DNA from: Raja brachyura
Taxonomy: Eukaryota
Length of the DNA stretch: 64,000 bases
Assembly: GCA_963514005.1 (NCBI GenBank)
Contig: OY740807.1
Coordinates: 2,046,001 to 2,110,000 of the forward strand
Direction of reading: 5' to 3'
Position 1 is the first letter of the stretch. The number at the start of each line of letters is the position of its first letter. Below, one piece after another: positions 10,254 through 23,544 of this stretch. Under the pieces are notes generated by a model. That model had not been told where the DNA came from and did not search any database. It saw only the letters and a list, made by a program, of their open reading frames with translations. Both the position numbers and the translations under genes were made by a program.

Positions 10254-10287
10254 GCGCCATCTAGTGTCTAACACCCATATTACTGCA
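10254..10287 (-). promoter_or_regulatory. Candidate CTCF site (core plus upstream TGCAG module)
   Basis: Minus strand reads TGCAGTAAT-n11-ACACTAGATGGCGC, one mismatch to CCACTAGATGGCGC; lies in a short island with no recognisable TE. Confidence 0.5.
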
Positions 10288-10394
10288 TGGGAGCTTAATT
10301 CTGTGCTGCTGTTTTAACATATATATATGCTTGAGAATATGAGTGTAATTATATATAATTATATTATATAAATATAATATAACGAATATAATTT

Positions 10395-12170
10395 TGCAGA
10401 GCCAAAAGAGTTGGGGGAGATATTGAACAATTTATTTTCTTCGGTATTCACCAAGGAGAAGGATATTGAACTCTGTGAGGTAAGGGAAAAAAGTAGAGGA
10501 GCTATGGAACTATGTAGAGGAGAGTAGAGGAGCTATGGAGATTCAAAGAGGAGGAAATACTTTTGAAAAATATAAAAGTGGATAAGTCTCCAGGTCCTGA
10601 CAGGATATTCCCTAGGACATTGAGGGAAGTTAGTGTAGAAATAGCAGGAGCTATGACAGAAATATTTCAAATGTCATTAGAAACGGGAATAGTGCCGGAG
10701 GATTGGCGTACTGCGCATGTTGTTCCATTGTTTAAAAAGGGTTCAAAGAATAAACCTAGCAATTATAGACATGTTAGTTTGATGTCAGTGGTGGGCAAAT
10801 TAATGGAAAGGATACTTAGAGATTATATATATAAGCATCTGGATAACCAGGGTCTCATCAGGAACAGTCAACATGGATTTGTGCCTGGAAGATCATGTTT
10901 GACAAACCTTCTTGAATTTTTTGAAGAGGTTACAAGGGAAATTGATGAGGGTAAAGCAGTGTATGTTGTCTATATGGATTCCAGTAAGACCTTTGCCAAG
11001 GTTCCCCATGGAAGGTTGGTTAAGAAGGTTCAATCTTTGGGTGTTAATGGCGGAGTAGCGAGATGGATTCAACAGTGGCTGAATGGGAGATGTCAGAGAG
11101 TAATGGTGGATGGCTGTTTGTCAGGTTGGAAGCTGGTGACCAGTGGGGTTCCTCAGGGATCTATGTAGGGTCCACTGTTGTTTGTCATGTACATCAATGA
11201 TCTAGATGATGGGGTGGAAAATTGGATAAGTAGGTATGCAGATGATACTAAGATAGGTGGTGCTGTGGATAATGAAGTAGATTTTCAGAGTCTACAGAGA
11301 GATTTGGGCCATTTGGAAGAGTGGGCTGAAAGATGGCAGATAGAGTTTAATGCTGATAAGTGTGAGGTGCTACATCTTGGCCGGACAAATCAAAATAGGA
11401 CGTACATGGTAAATGGTAGGGAATTGAGGAATGCTGTGGAACAGAGGGATCTAGGAATAACTGTGCATAGTTCCCTGAAGGTGGAATCGCATGTAGATAG
11501 GGTGGTAAAGAAGCTTTCGGTGTGCTGGCCTTTATAAATCAGAGCATTGAATATAGGAGGAGGGAAGTAATGTTAAAATTGTACACGGCATTGGTGAGAC
11601 CAATTCTGGAGTATGGTGTACAATTTTGGTCGCCTAATTATAGGAAGGATGTCAACAAAGTAGAGAGAGTACAGAGGAGATTTACTAGAATGTTGCCTGG
11701 GTTCCAGCAACTAAGTTACAGAGAAAGGTTGAACAAAGTTAGGTCTTTATTCTTTGGAGCGCAGAAGGTTAAGGGGGGGACTTGATTGAGGTCTTTAAAA
11801 TGATGAAAGGAATAGACAGAGTTAATGTGGATTAGCTTTTCCCATTGAGGGTAGTGAAGATTCAAACAAGAGGGCATGACATGAGAATTAAGGGACAGAA
11901 GTTTAGGGGTAACATGAGGGGAACGTCTTTACTCAGAGAGTGGTGGCTGTGTGGAATGAGCTTCCAGCAGAAGTGGTGGGGGCAGGATCGATTTTAACAT
12001 TTAAAAGTAAAGTGGATATGTATATGGACGGGAAGGGAATGGAGGGGTATGGTCAGAGTGCAGGTAGATGGGACTAGGGGAAAATAAATGGTCGGCACGG
12101 ACTAGAAGGGCCGAGAAGGCCTGTTTCCGTGATGTAATTGTTATGTGGTTATTGTTATATGGTTATATGG
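10395..12170 (+). mobile_element. CR1 LINE, 5'-truncated (GGTTATAT-tail subfamily)
   Basis: ORFs 10563..11168, 11178..11537 and 11522..11785 have RT motifs (YADDTKIGG); tail gttatatggttatatgg at about 12155-12170. Confidence 0.92.
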
Positions 12171-12462
12171 TGATATCATGACGTCGTTGGCTGTGTGACG
12201 TCATGAGGTCATATGCTTGCTGCAGGGCAAGTTATGTTTGTAAAAGTGCTTTTTGTAAAGTTTATAATGTGAATAACTTGTAAAATATACCATCAATCTG
12301 AACAAAACTTTCATACACCACACCACAGGACAATGGTAAGGTAAGCCAAAAATATTTGCGCTATCGTGTTGACTTAATTGCAGGACCACTCTCATAGACA
12401 GACAAACATACAAGATGAGAGTTTGAAAGATAGACAGACAGACAGACAGACTGACAGATAGA
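12170..12462 (-). repeat. Non-autonomous Helitron-like repeat, 5' part, with (GACA)n microsatellite
   Basis: (GACA)n/(GATA)n tract 12429-12465; shares gttattcacatt..aaa..cacttt..acaaa with 14012-14055 in inverted orientation; class assignment tentative. Confidence 0.35.
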
Positions 12463-14010
12463 TAGAGGGGAAAGGGTAACTAGAGAGAGAGTAGGACCTC
12501 TCAGGAATAAAAGCGGTCACCTCTGTGTGGAGCCACAGCAGATGGGTAAAGTCCTCAATGAGTATTTCTCCTCTGTATTTATTGATGAGAAAGACAGGAG
12601 GATGGAGGAAATTGGAGCGGTCACTGGAAGTGTCATGAGAGCAGTCAGGGTTACCGTCGAGGAAGTACTGAAGGTACTGTCGTGTTTGAAGGTAGACAAA
12701 TCTCTGGGGCCTGATCAGATATATCCGATGATATTGCAGGAAATTGCGGGAGCCCTGGTTGAAATTTATGAGTCGTCCTTCAATACAGGAGAGGTGCCAG
12801 AGGATTGGAGGGTGGCAAATGTTGTGCCTCTTTTCAAGAAGGACTTCAGGGAAAATGTTGGAAACTATAGGCTGGTGAGCTTAACATCTGTAGTTAGTTA
12901 GTTACTGGAGAGTATTCTGTGGGATAGAATATACAGGCATTTGGATGGGCAAGGGCTGATTAGGGACAGTCAGCATGATTTTGTAATTGGGAGGTCGTGT
13001 CTCACAAATCTGATCGATTGTTTTGAAGACGTGACCAAAAAGGTTGATGAGGGCAGCGCTGGAGATGTGCACATGGAGTTTAGTAAGGTGTTCGACAAGG
13101 TGCCGCATGGTAGGCTGCACTGGAAGGTTAGATTTCATGGGATCCAAGGAGAGATAGCTGAATGGAAGCAAAAGCGCTCCATAGAAGGAAGCAGAGGGTG
13201 ATGGTGGAAGGTTGGTTCTCAGAATGGAGGCATGTGACTGGTGGTGTGCCACAGGGTTCGGTGCTGGGCCCATTACTGTTTGTCATCTACATCAATGATT
13301 TGGATGAGAACGTACAGGGCAAGATTAGCAAGTTTGCTGATGGTTAGTGGTTTTGCAGATAGTGAAGATGGTTGTGAACGATTGCAGCAGGATCTGGATC
13401 GATTGGCCAGGTGGGCGGAGGAATGGTTGATGTAATTTAATACAGAGAAGTGTGAGGTGTTGCATTTTGGGATGTCGAACAAGGGCAGGACCTACACAGT
13501 AAATGGTCGGCCTCTGGGTCTTGTTGTAGAGCAGAGGGATCTAGGAGTACAGGTGCATGGCTCGTTGAAGGTCGAGTCGCAGGTAGATAAGGTGGTCAAA
13601 AAGGCTTTTGGAACTTTGTCCTTCATCAGTCAGAGTATTGGGTATAGAAGTTGGGTGGTCATGTTGCAGTTATATAAGATGTTGGTGAGACTGCATTGAG
13701 AGTATTGCGTTCAGTTCTGGGCACCATGTTATAGGAAAGATATTGTCAAGCTTGAAAGGGTTCAGAAACGATTTACGAGGATGTTGCCAGGACTAGAGGG
13801 TGTGAGTTACAGGGAGAGGTTAAGTAGGCTGGGTCTCTATTCCACGGAGCTTAGGAGGATGAGGGATCTTATAGAGGCATACAAAATCATGAGAGGAATA
13901 GATCAGTTGGATGCACAGAGTTTTTTACCCAGAGTATGGGAATCGAGGACCAGAGGACATTGGATCAAGGTGAAGGGGAAAAGATTTAATACAAATCCGA
14001 GGGGTAACTC
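12463..14010 (+). mobile_element. Degraded CR1 ORF2 (RT half), apparently the continuation of 14570-15430
   Basis: Begins at the (G)KRVTRERVGPL-equivalent; ORFs 12527..12901, 12941..13201, 13162..13347, 13457..13699, 13781..14080. Confidence 0.88.
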
Positions 14011-14569
14011 GGTTATTCACATTTTAAATTGTACGAAAACCACTTTGACAAAAATCACTTCCACTTGTACAGCCCGTTAGCAGCGTATGACGGCACAATG
14101 CGATCCCGAATCTCACTTACTTTAAAAAATGCTTTTTTCAAAAAAGGAATTTTACATTTGCATCAAAAATAGCAGAAAAAAAATTGTTTAAAATAAAATC
14201 ACGATTTTCATTGTGGGGGGCGGGATGGGGGGAGGTTTCCATTTCTATTTAAAAATAGCGGGAAAATAACTACCTTTTCAAAAAAAACATCGCGATTATC
14301 ATTTTGAAGGGATGGGATAGGGGGGAGGTTTCATTTGGAAACATTGCGATTTTCATTGAGTGAGTGAGGGAGGGGAAATGAAAGGGAGGGAGAAGGGAGG
14401 GAGAGGTGAGGGTGGCAGTGGGGGAGGGGAGGAGGAGAGGAGAAAGAAGAGGGAGGGTGAAGAGTGAGGGGAGTTCTGCAGGATGAGGGAGAATGGAGGA
14501 GGAGAGGGGTAGAAGGAGGGATGGCGAGGTAATTGCGTTGGGGACCAGGCCTCCCGTGTGAAGGTCGAG
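14011..14569 (+). repeat. Non-autonomous Helitron-like repeat, 3' part, with purine-rich tract
   Basis: Related to 12170-12462; internal duplication (aaaatagc..gaaaa...cgatt.tcatt) and GA-rich tract 14360-14525. Confidence 0.3.
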
Positions 14570-15430
14570 TATTTATAAAATCTTTTGGGATTATGTTTCA
14601 TGCTGCCCACCAGAGCTATCTCCTGGCCTGTTTTTGCCCTTCTGATCTCCTTTTTTAGTTTGCTCCTTGCTTCCCGAAACTTCTGAAGGGATGCACTTGA
14701 TCCCATCTGCCTATACCAGTCCCATGCATCCTTCTCGTTTTTGACTAACATCTCCATTTCCCTTGTCAGCCAAGTTTCCCTACGTTTGCCTGCTTTGCAT
14801 TTTACTCTTAACGGGGACGTACACATCCTGAGCTCTCATCATTACACTTTTGAAGACATCCCACTTGGCCGATGTCCCTTTTCATCAAATAACCTGCTCC
14901 AGTCAACTTGAGCAAGACCTACTCTCATACCCTCAAAGTTGGCCTTACCCCAGTTGGGCATTTTAACATGTGGACCCTCTCTGTCCCGACCCATAGCTAT
15001 CTTAAACCTAATCGAACTGTGGTCACATGTCCCAAAAGGCTGCTCCACACACACTTCATTAACTTGCCCTTCCCAATTTCCCAATACTAGATCCAGCGTT
15101 GTTCTCTCACGTGTGGGGGGGGTCTGTAGTACACTCCCAACAAGCTGATCATCCTTTTCTTGTTGCTCAGCTCCACCCACTAGACAAACTGTCCATAATG
15201 TCACCTCTGAACACAGCCGTGACATCCTCCTTAACCACAATACAACTCTTTTTTCCTCACCCTGTTTCTCCTGAAGCTCCTGTACCCCACAACATTGAGC
15301 TGCCAGTCCTGCCCCTCCCCTTTCCAGGTTTCAGTCATGGCTACAACGTCCCAGTCACTCGTAGCTATCCACTCCCTAAGCTCATCTGCCTTACCCGTCA
15401 AGCCCCTTGCATTAAAATACATGCAGTTTA
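14570..15430 (-). mobile_element. CR1 ORF2 endonuclease half
   Basis: ORFs 15231..15422 (YFNARGL..MTETW), 14842..15240 (LDLVL..DH) and 14353..14826, the CR1 part ending NPKRFYKY. Confidence 0.85.
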
Positions 15431-15569
15431 ACCAACCCTCCTTCCCCTCTCTCCGGCTTTTTGCCTATTCAGTACATTAACCTTTCCCACACCACCCTCC
15501 ATACCAACTTCTAGCCTCTCCTGTGCCTCTGTCCTGTATGAGATCCCTCATGACATTACCGTCACCTCC

Positions 15570-16860
15570 AATAGGATCCCACCATTAATCACATATTAAT
15601 GGCCTCCCTGTAGATGTGGCCTAGTGCACGTCAGCGAGACCAAGCATAGATTTGGCGACCACGTTGCCGAACACTTGCGCTCAGTCCGCCAAGGCCCACG
15701 GGATCTCTGGGTTGCTAACTGAACTCCGCTCCCTATTCCCACACTTACCTTGCTGGGCCTTCAATATTACCAGAGTGATGCCACACACAAATTGGAGGAA
15801 CTGCACCTCATATTCCCCCCCCCCCCCCCCCCCCCCAGCGTCACAGTTCACAACTAGTTATTCCCCTTGGGCTCTCACCTGTTTTTATCCAACAATTGGC
15901 CTATCAGGGAATCTACTCACCTGAGGTCATCTCTCCAGCTTTTTCTCACTTTTGAAGCTTTAGCAAGAAGATGGGCAGTGTAGGACTTTGTATTCCTTTG
16001 AGCACAGGAGGCTGAGGGGTGATCTGAGGGGCTTTCAGTACATGGGCCTTCATCAGTCATGGTATTGAGTGTAGAAGTTGGCATGTGTAAGAAGGAACTG
16101 CAGATGCTGGTTTAAACTGAAAGACACTAACAGCTGGAGAGAAGGAATGGATGACTTCGAGTATTGTGTATGCGCCGATTTACAGTATTGTGTTCAGTTT
16201 TTGCCTGCCTGCTTTTGGAAGGATTTTATAGCTGGAAAGAGTGCAGGGATGATTTACAAGGATGGTGCCAGGAATTAAGGACCCGAACTATAGGGAGAGG
16301 TTGAGCAGGCTAGGACTTCATTTCTTGGAGCGCAGGAAGACGAGGGGTGTTCTTATTGAGTGTATAAGATCATGAGGGCATAAGTTTGGGTAAATGCATG
16401 GTCTTTTACCCAATGTAGAAGAATCAAGAACCAATGGGCATAGGTGTAAGCTGATAGGGGAAAGATGCAATAGGAACCTAAGGAGTAACACAGATGGTGG
16501 TGGGTATATGGAACGAGCTCCCAGAGGAGGTAGTTGAGGCAAGTACAATAACAACAGCCGAGTTACTTCTCCATGGTCAACCTTTCTTCCCACCCCCTCC
16601 CCCAGTCCCCTCAAGCAATTACCAAACCACCAGGGCAACTTCTTGTTGGTTCATTGTTCCTCCCCGAACACCGGGTTTCACCTAATGTGTGGGACAGAAC
16701 TCAGACGGCATCTCTGGAGAAATGGAATAGGTGGCATTTCGGGTCCAGACTGAAGGGTCGGGTCTGAAGAAGGGTCTTGACCCAAAACGTCACCTATTCC
16801 TTTTCTCCAGAGATGCTGTCTGACCCACTGAGTTACTCCAGCTTTTTGTGTCTACCTGCT
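15570..16860 (+). mobile_element. Mosaic of degraded Penelope (about 15570-15820), CR1 3' fragments (about 15960-16550) and a Penelope terminal-repeat pair (16705-16855)
   Basis: gagaccaagc..ggcgacc..gccgaacac (GIY-YIG remnant); CR1 C-terminal sequence; ctgaagaagggtcttgaccc unit. Confidence 0.65.
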
Positions 16861-17159
16861 TTCACCTATCACATCCCAGTCCCTGCCTCACCCCTCCTTC
16901 CCATCCACTACTTTGGACCAAAGATCCTATAGCAAGCAAGATAGATCACTCGACGAAAAATACTTTTCCAGACCTACTGGAGTGCTCAATGAATTGGATA
17001 AAGAGATGAGGGGCAGGGAGAGAGATGTAGTGCGATTATTGTCACATGTACCGAGTTACAGTGAAACGCTCTGATTTGCAGACTGTACAATCAGATTAGA
17101 TAACACTATACATAAATACAATCGTCAAACTCACGTCAAGGAGCAAAGGGGAAAGGTGC

Positions 17160-19312
17160 AGACTACAGAAACAAACAATTGGTGATGCTGGTTTACAAAT
17201 AAAGACAGTGCTGGACACAGCAGGTCAGGTAACATTTCCGGAGAACATTGGTAGGTGATATTTCAGGTCGGGACCCTTCTTCAGTCTGATTAGGGGTAAG
17301 GGAATCGAGAGATATAAAAGGTGATGTTGAGAGATAAAGAACAATGAATAAAAGATATGCAAAAAAAGTAACAATGATAAAGGAAACAGGCCATGGTAAA
17401 CTGTTTGTCGGGTGAAAATGAGAAGCTAGTGCGACGGGTGGTGGAGGGGATTCGAGAAATATAAAAGGTGATGTTGAGAGATAAAGAATGATGTATAAAA
17501 GATATTTAATTTGCGTTTAGCCTCACTCTGACAATGGAGGAGACCGAGGACAGAAAGGTCTATGTAGGAATGGGAAGGAGAATTAAAGGTGTTCTGCGAA
17601 ACGATCGCCCGGTCTGCGTTTGGTCTCACCGATGAATAAGAGTCCACATCTTGAACAACGGATACAGTAGACGAGGTTGGAGGAGATGCAAGTGGACCTC
17701 GGTCTAACCTGAAAGGACTGTCGGGGTCCCTGGACAGAGTCGAGGGAGGAGGTATAGCGACAGGTGTTGCATCTTCTGCGATTGCAGGGGAAGGTACCTG
17801 GGGAGGAAGTATTTTGGGTGGGAAGGGATGGGAGTTGCAGAGGGAACAGTCTCTGCGGAAAGTGGTGGAGATGCGAAAACGTGGCTAGTGGTGGGATCCC
17901 ATTGGAGGTGGTGGAAATTTCTGAGAATTATGTGTTCTATGCGACGGCTGATGGGGTGGAAGGTAAGGACTAGGGGGACTCCTGTCTTTGTTGCATCTAG
18001 GGAGAGCAAGGGCAGAGCTGTGGGGTACCGAGGAGACATGAGTGAGGGCCTCATCTGTGATGGGAGTGGGGAAGCCCCGTTCCCTAAAGAATATGAACAT
18101 CTCGGATGTTCCAATAAGGAACACCTCATCTTGGGCACAGATGCGGCGTAGACGGAGGAATTGGGAGTAGGGGATAGAGTCTTTAGTAGAGTGAGAAGAA
18201 GTGTTGTCAATAGACAATGGACAATAGGTGCAGGAGTAGTATTTCGCCCCTTCGAACCAGCACTGCCATTCAAAGTGGTCATGGCTGATCATCCACTATC
18301 AGTACCCCGTTCCTGCCTTCTCCCCCATATCCCCTTCCTCAAATTTGGGGACCAAAACTGCACACAATACACCAGCTGTGGTCCTACTCGGGCCCTGTGC
18401 AACTGCAGAAGGACCTCTTTGCTCCTATACTCAACTCCTCTTATTAGGAAGGCCAACATGCCATTCGCTTTCTTCACTGCCTGCAGTACCTGCATGCTTA
18501 CTTTCATTGACTGATGAACAAGAAACCCCAGATCCCATTGTACATCCCCTTTGCCCAACTTGATACCATTTAGATAATAATGGAGGAGACCGAATACAGA
18601 AAGGTCAGTGCAGGAATGGGAAGGAGAATTAAAGTGTTTAGCAACCGGGAGATCAGGTTGGTTCAAGCGGGCTGAGAGAAGGTGCTCTGCGAAACGATCT
18701 GTGTTTGGTCTCACCGATGTATAAGAGTTCACATCTTGAACAACGGATACGGTAGATGAGGTTTGAGGAGGTGCGTGAACTTCTGCTTAACCTGAAAGGA
18801 CTGTTGGGGTCCCTAGACAGAGTTGAGGGAGGAGGTATAATGACAGGTGTTGCATCTTCTGCGATTGCTGGGGAAGGTACCTGGGGAGGAAGTGGTTTGG
18901 GTGGGAAGGGATGAGTTAATCAGGGAGTTGTGGAGGGAACGGTCTCTGTGGAAGCCGGAAAGGGGTGGAGATGGAAAAATGGGGTCAGTGGGGGGATCCC
19001 GTTGGAGGTGGCGAAAATTTCAGAGGTTTATGTGTTGTATGCGATGGCTGATGAGGTGAAAGGTAAGGAGTAGGGGGACTCTGTCTCTGTTGCGACTAGG
19101 GGGAGGGGCAGCAGGAGTGGAGCTGCGGGGTACTGAGAGACATGAGCAAGGGCCTCATCTATGATGGGAGAAGGGAACCCCCGTTCCCTAAAGAATGAGG
19201 ACATCTCAGATGTTCTAGTTTGGAACACCTCATCTTGGACGCAGATGTGGCGTAGACGGAGGAATTTGGAGTAGGGGATAGAGTCTTTGTTGGAAGCAGG
19301 GTGGGAAGAAGT
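17160..19312 (-). mobile_element. Two partial Penelope-like copies (about 17160-18205 and 18578-19312) separated by CR1 fragments
   Basis: Reverse-strand matches to the 6400-7400 Penelope (SIPYSQFLRLRRICAQDE; DRFAEHL..HFNSPSH). Confidence 0.82.
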
Positions 19313-19317
19313 ACGTC

Positions 19318-19708
19318 ATAGAAACATAGGAAATAAGGGCAGGAGGCCATTCGGCCCTTCAAGCCAGCACCGCCATTCATTGTGATCATGGCTGATCGTC
19401 CCCAATCAATAACCCGGGCCTGCCTTCTCCCCATATCCCTGGATTCCACCGGCCCCGAGAGCTCTATCTCACTCTCTCTTAAATCCATCCAGTGATTTGG
19501 CCTCCACTGCCCTCTGTGGCAGGGAATTCCACAAATTCACAACTCTCTGGGTGAAAACGTTTTTTCTCACCTCAGTCTTAAATGGCATCTCCTTTATTCT
19601 AAGACTGGGGCCCATGGATTTGGACTCGCCCAACATTGGGAACATTTTTCCAGCATCTAGCTTGTCCAGTCCTTTCATAATTTTATATGTTTCTATAAGA
19701 TCCCCTGT
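19318..19708 (-). mobile_element. CR1 3' end fragment
   Basis: ORF 19469..19711(-) GDLIETYKI..FTQRVVNLWNSLP; catagaaacatag tail. Confidence 0.85.
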
Positions 19709-22560
19709 CATAGAAACATAAAAAATAGGTGTAGGAGTAGGCCATTCAGTCCTTCAATCCTGCACCGACATTCAATATGATCTTGGCTGATCATTCAACT
19801 CAGTATCCTGTACCTGCCTTCTCTCCATACCCCCTGATCCCTTTAGCCACAAGGGCCACATCCAACTCCCTCTTAAATATTGCAAATGAACTGTCCTCAA
19901 CTACCTCTGTGGCAGAGAATTCCACAGATTCACATTCTCTGTGTGAAAAATGTTTTTCTCATCTCAGTCCTAAAAGACTTCCCTCTTTTCCTTAAATGTG
20001 ACCCATTGTTCTGGACTTCCCCCAACATCGGGAACAATCTTCCTGCATCTAGCCTGTCAAACGCCTTAAGAATTTTGTAAGTTTCTATAAGATCCCCCTC
20101 AATCTTCTAAATTATAGCGAGTACAAGCCAAGTCTATCCAGTCTTTCTTCATATGAAAGTCCTGCCATCCCAGGAATCAGTCCAGTGAACCTTCTTCTCT
20201 ATGGCAAGAATGTCTTTCCTGAGAGTTTCCTGATCCTGAGATGGTGCAAAACTGTGCACAATACTCCAGATGTGGTCTCACCAAGGCCGTGTACAACTGC
20301 AGTAGAACCTCCCTGCTCCTATACTCAAATCCTTTTGCTATGAATGCTAACATACCATTCACTTTCTTCACTGCCTGCTGCACCGGCATGCCTACTTTTA
20401 ATGACTGGTGAACCATGAAACCCAGGTCTTGTTGCATCTCCCCTTTTCCTAATCGGCCACCATTCAGATAATAGTCCACTTTCCTGTTCTTGCCATCAAA
20501 GTGGATAACCTCACATTTATCCACATTAAACTGCATCTGCCATGCATTTGCCCACTCACCCAACCTGTCCAAGTCACCTTGCAGCCTCCTAGCATCCTCC
20601 TCACAGCTAACACTACCCCCCAGCTTCATGTCATCCGCAAACTTGGAGATGTTGCATTCAATTCCCTCGTCCAAATCATTAATATATATTGTAAATCGCT
20701 GAGGCCCCAGCACTGAGCCTTGCGGTACCCCACTAGTCACTGCCTGCCATTCTGAAAAGGACCTATTTACTCCTACCCTTTGCTTCCTGTCTGCCAGCCA
20801 GTTCTCGATCCACATAAATACTGAACCCCCAATACCGTGTGCTTTAAGTTTGCATACTAATATCTTATGTGGGACCTTGTCGAAAGCCTTCTGAAAGTCC
20901 AGATATAACACATCCACTGGTTCTCCCTTATCCACTCTACATGTTACACCCTCGAAAAATCCTATAAGATTCGTCAGACTTGATTTACCTTTCATAAATC
21001 CATGCTGACTTTGTCCAATGATTTCACCACTTTTCAAATGTGCTGCTATCCCATCTTTGATGACTAGTATTTTCCCCACAACCGATGTTGGGGCACCACT
21101 AATGTCCTTCCTTTCTATTGCGTTAATCTCCTCTAACCAGCAACGCTACCCCACCTCCTTTTCCTTTCTGTCTATCCCTCCTGAATATTGAATATCCCTG
21201 GATGTTCAGTTCCCAGCCTTGGTCGCCCTGGAGCCATGTCTCCGTGATCCCAACTATATCATATTCATTAATAACTATCTGCACATTCAACTCATCCACC
21301 TTATTACAACTGCTCCTTGCATTGAGACACAAAGACTTCAGGCTTGTTTTTACAACACTCTTACCCCTTATACTATTATGTTGAAAAGTGGCCTCTTTTG
21401 ATTTTTGCCCTAGATTTGTCTGCCTGCCACTTTTACTTTTCACTTTGCTACCTATTGCTTCTACCCTCATTTTACACCCCTCTGTCTCTCTGCTCATGCT
21501 CTCATCCCCCTGTCATATCAGTTTAAATCCTCCCCGACAGCACTAGCAAACACTCCCCCAAGGACATTGGTTCCATTCCAGCCCTGGTGCAGACCGTCCT
21601 GTTTGTACTGGTCCCAGAACTGGTTCCAATGCCCTAGAAGTTTGAATCCCTCCCCCTTGCACCATTTTTCAAGCCACGTATTCATCTGCAATATCCTCCT
21701 ATTTCTACTCTAACTAGTACATGGCACTGGTAGTAATCCAGAGATTATTACCTTTGAGGTCCTACTTTTAAGTTTTTCTGCTAGCTCCCTAAATTCACCT
21801 TGTAGGACCTCATCCCGTTCTTTACGTATATCGTTGGTGCCAATGTGCATCACGACAACTGGCTGTCTACCCTCCCCCTCCAGAATATTCTGCAGCCGCT
21901 CAGTGACATCCCTGACAACTTGCACCAGGGAGGCAACATACCATCCTGGAGTCTCGTTTAAGGCCGCAGAAATGCCTATCTATTCCCCTTACCATTGAAT
22001 CCCCTATTAATATAGCCCTTCCACTCTTTTTCCTCCCTCCTGTGCCGCACAGCCACCCACGGTGCCATGAACTTGGCTGCTGCTGCCTTCCCCTAGTGAG
22101 CCATCTCCTCCAACAGTATCCAAAATGGTATATCTGTTTAGGAGGGAGATTACTGCAGGGGACTCCTGCACTACCTGCCTACTGCTACGCTGGCTAGTGG
22201 CCACCCGTTCCCTTTCTGTCCATTTAACTTTTACCTGCGGTGTGGCCAACTCACTGTACGTGCTATTCACGACTTTCTCAGCATCATGGATCCTCCAGTA
22301 TGAATCCAACCACAGCTCCAATCGTTCAATGCGGTCTGCCAGGAGCTGCAGCTGGACACACTTCCTGCACACGTAGTCACCAGGGACACCGACCATATCC
22401 CTGATCTCCCATTTTGCAGGATGAGCAAACCATGGGGCCGATCTCAACTGACATGGCTTACCCTCAAATTAAATCAATTCACTCCCACTATAAAAATCTT
22501 AACCTTTTAAACTTCATCCTTCTAAACTCCAGTGAATACTGGGTCGAGAGCAAGGTCTCC
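19709..22560 (-). mobile_element. Near full-length CR1 with ORF1 (Cys motif plus SGNH esterase) and internally deleted ORF2
   Basis: ORF1 pieces 22007..22447 (CRKC) and 21710..21925 (HIGTND); EN 21123..21497 (LNARS..ITETWL) jumps directly to RT 20177..21079. Confidence 0.88.
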
Positions 22561-22769
22561 GCTTGGTCTCACCAAAATACAGGGGCAGAATGTAGTTCTC
22601 AGCAACTAACCACATGGTGCCTGGTTGCTTACCATAGTGTACCAGTTTCAGAGACAAAGTCCAATGTCCCCAGTGGGGTAGAGGGGAAACAGAGAGTATT
22701 CTAACTTATGCAAGAACCATTCAGAAGCCTGATAGCAGATGTAGAAACACCTTATAGGAAAAAGTAGAA

Positions 22770-23215
22770 AAAGGGAGCTGTAGATGTTGATTTACAAGGA
22801 AAGACACAAAATGCTGCAATAACTCAGCGGGTCAGGCAGCATCCCTGGAAAACATGAATAGATGATGTTTCCTGTTGAGACCCTACATCAGACTGCAAAT
22901 CCAAAATCACGCCTATCCATGTTCTCCAGGGATGCCGCTTGACCTGCTGAGTTATTCCAGCACTTTGTATATTTCCAACAGATGGAAAGAAACTGATCCT
23001 GATTCTGATGGTTAACAAAGAACTGCAGATGTTGGAAAAATCGAAGGCAGGCAAAAATGCTGGAGAAACTCAGCGGGTGAGACAGCATCTAGGGGGCGAA
23101 GGAACAAGCGATGTTTCGGGTCTGAAGGAGGGTCTCGACCCAAAACGTTGTCTATTCTTTTGCTCCCTAGATGCTGCCTCACCCGCTGAGTTTCTCCAGC
23201 ATTTTTGTCTACATT
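22770..23215. repeat. Cluster of Penelope terminal-repeat units in alternating orientation
   Basis: Several gatgctgcc..gctgagtt.ctccagca units; ctgaaggagggtctcgacccaaaacg at 23122-23147. Confidence 0.7.
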
Positions 23216-23544
23216 CTGATTCTTGTCCTTTCAAACTTAATGGCGTATAACGTGGCAAAGTTATTGTCTTTAAAGAGAACACTACTGCATATGACACTAT
23301 TAAATATAGACACTGAGAACGTATAAAGACGTTTTGCACCGTTTTTGTTTTGTATGGTCGGCACGGACTGGAAGGGCCGAGAAGGCCTGTTTCCGTGCTG
23401 TAATTGTTATATGGTTATATGGTTATATGGTTATATGGTATATATTTTTTTTCTGAGTGAAACTTATTTTTGAAATATATAAACATATTCAGGAATTGGC
23501 AATACCGGAAACGATGGCTTACCATCGAGATGGCATTTGGCTTT

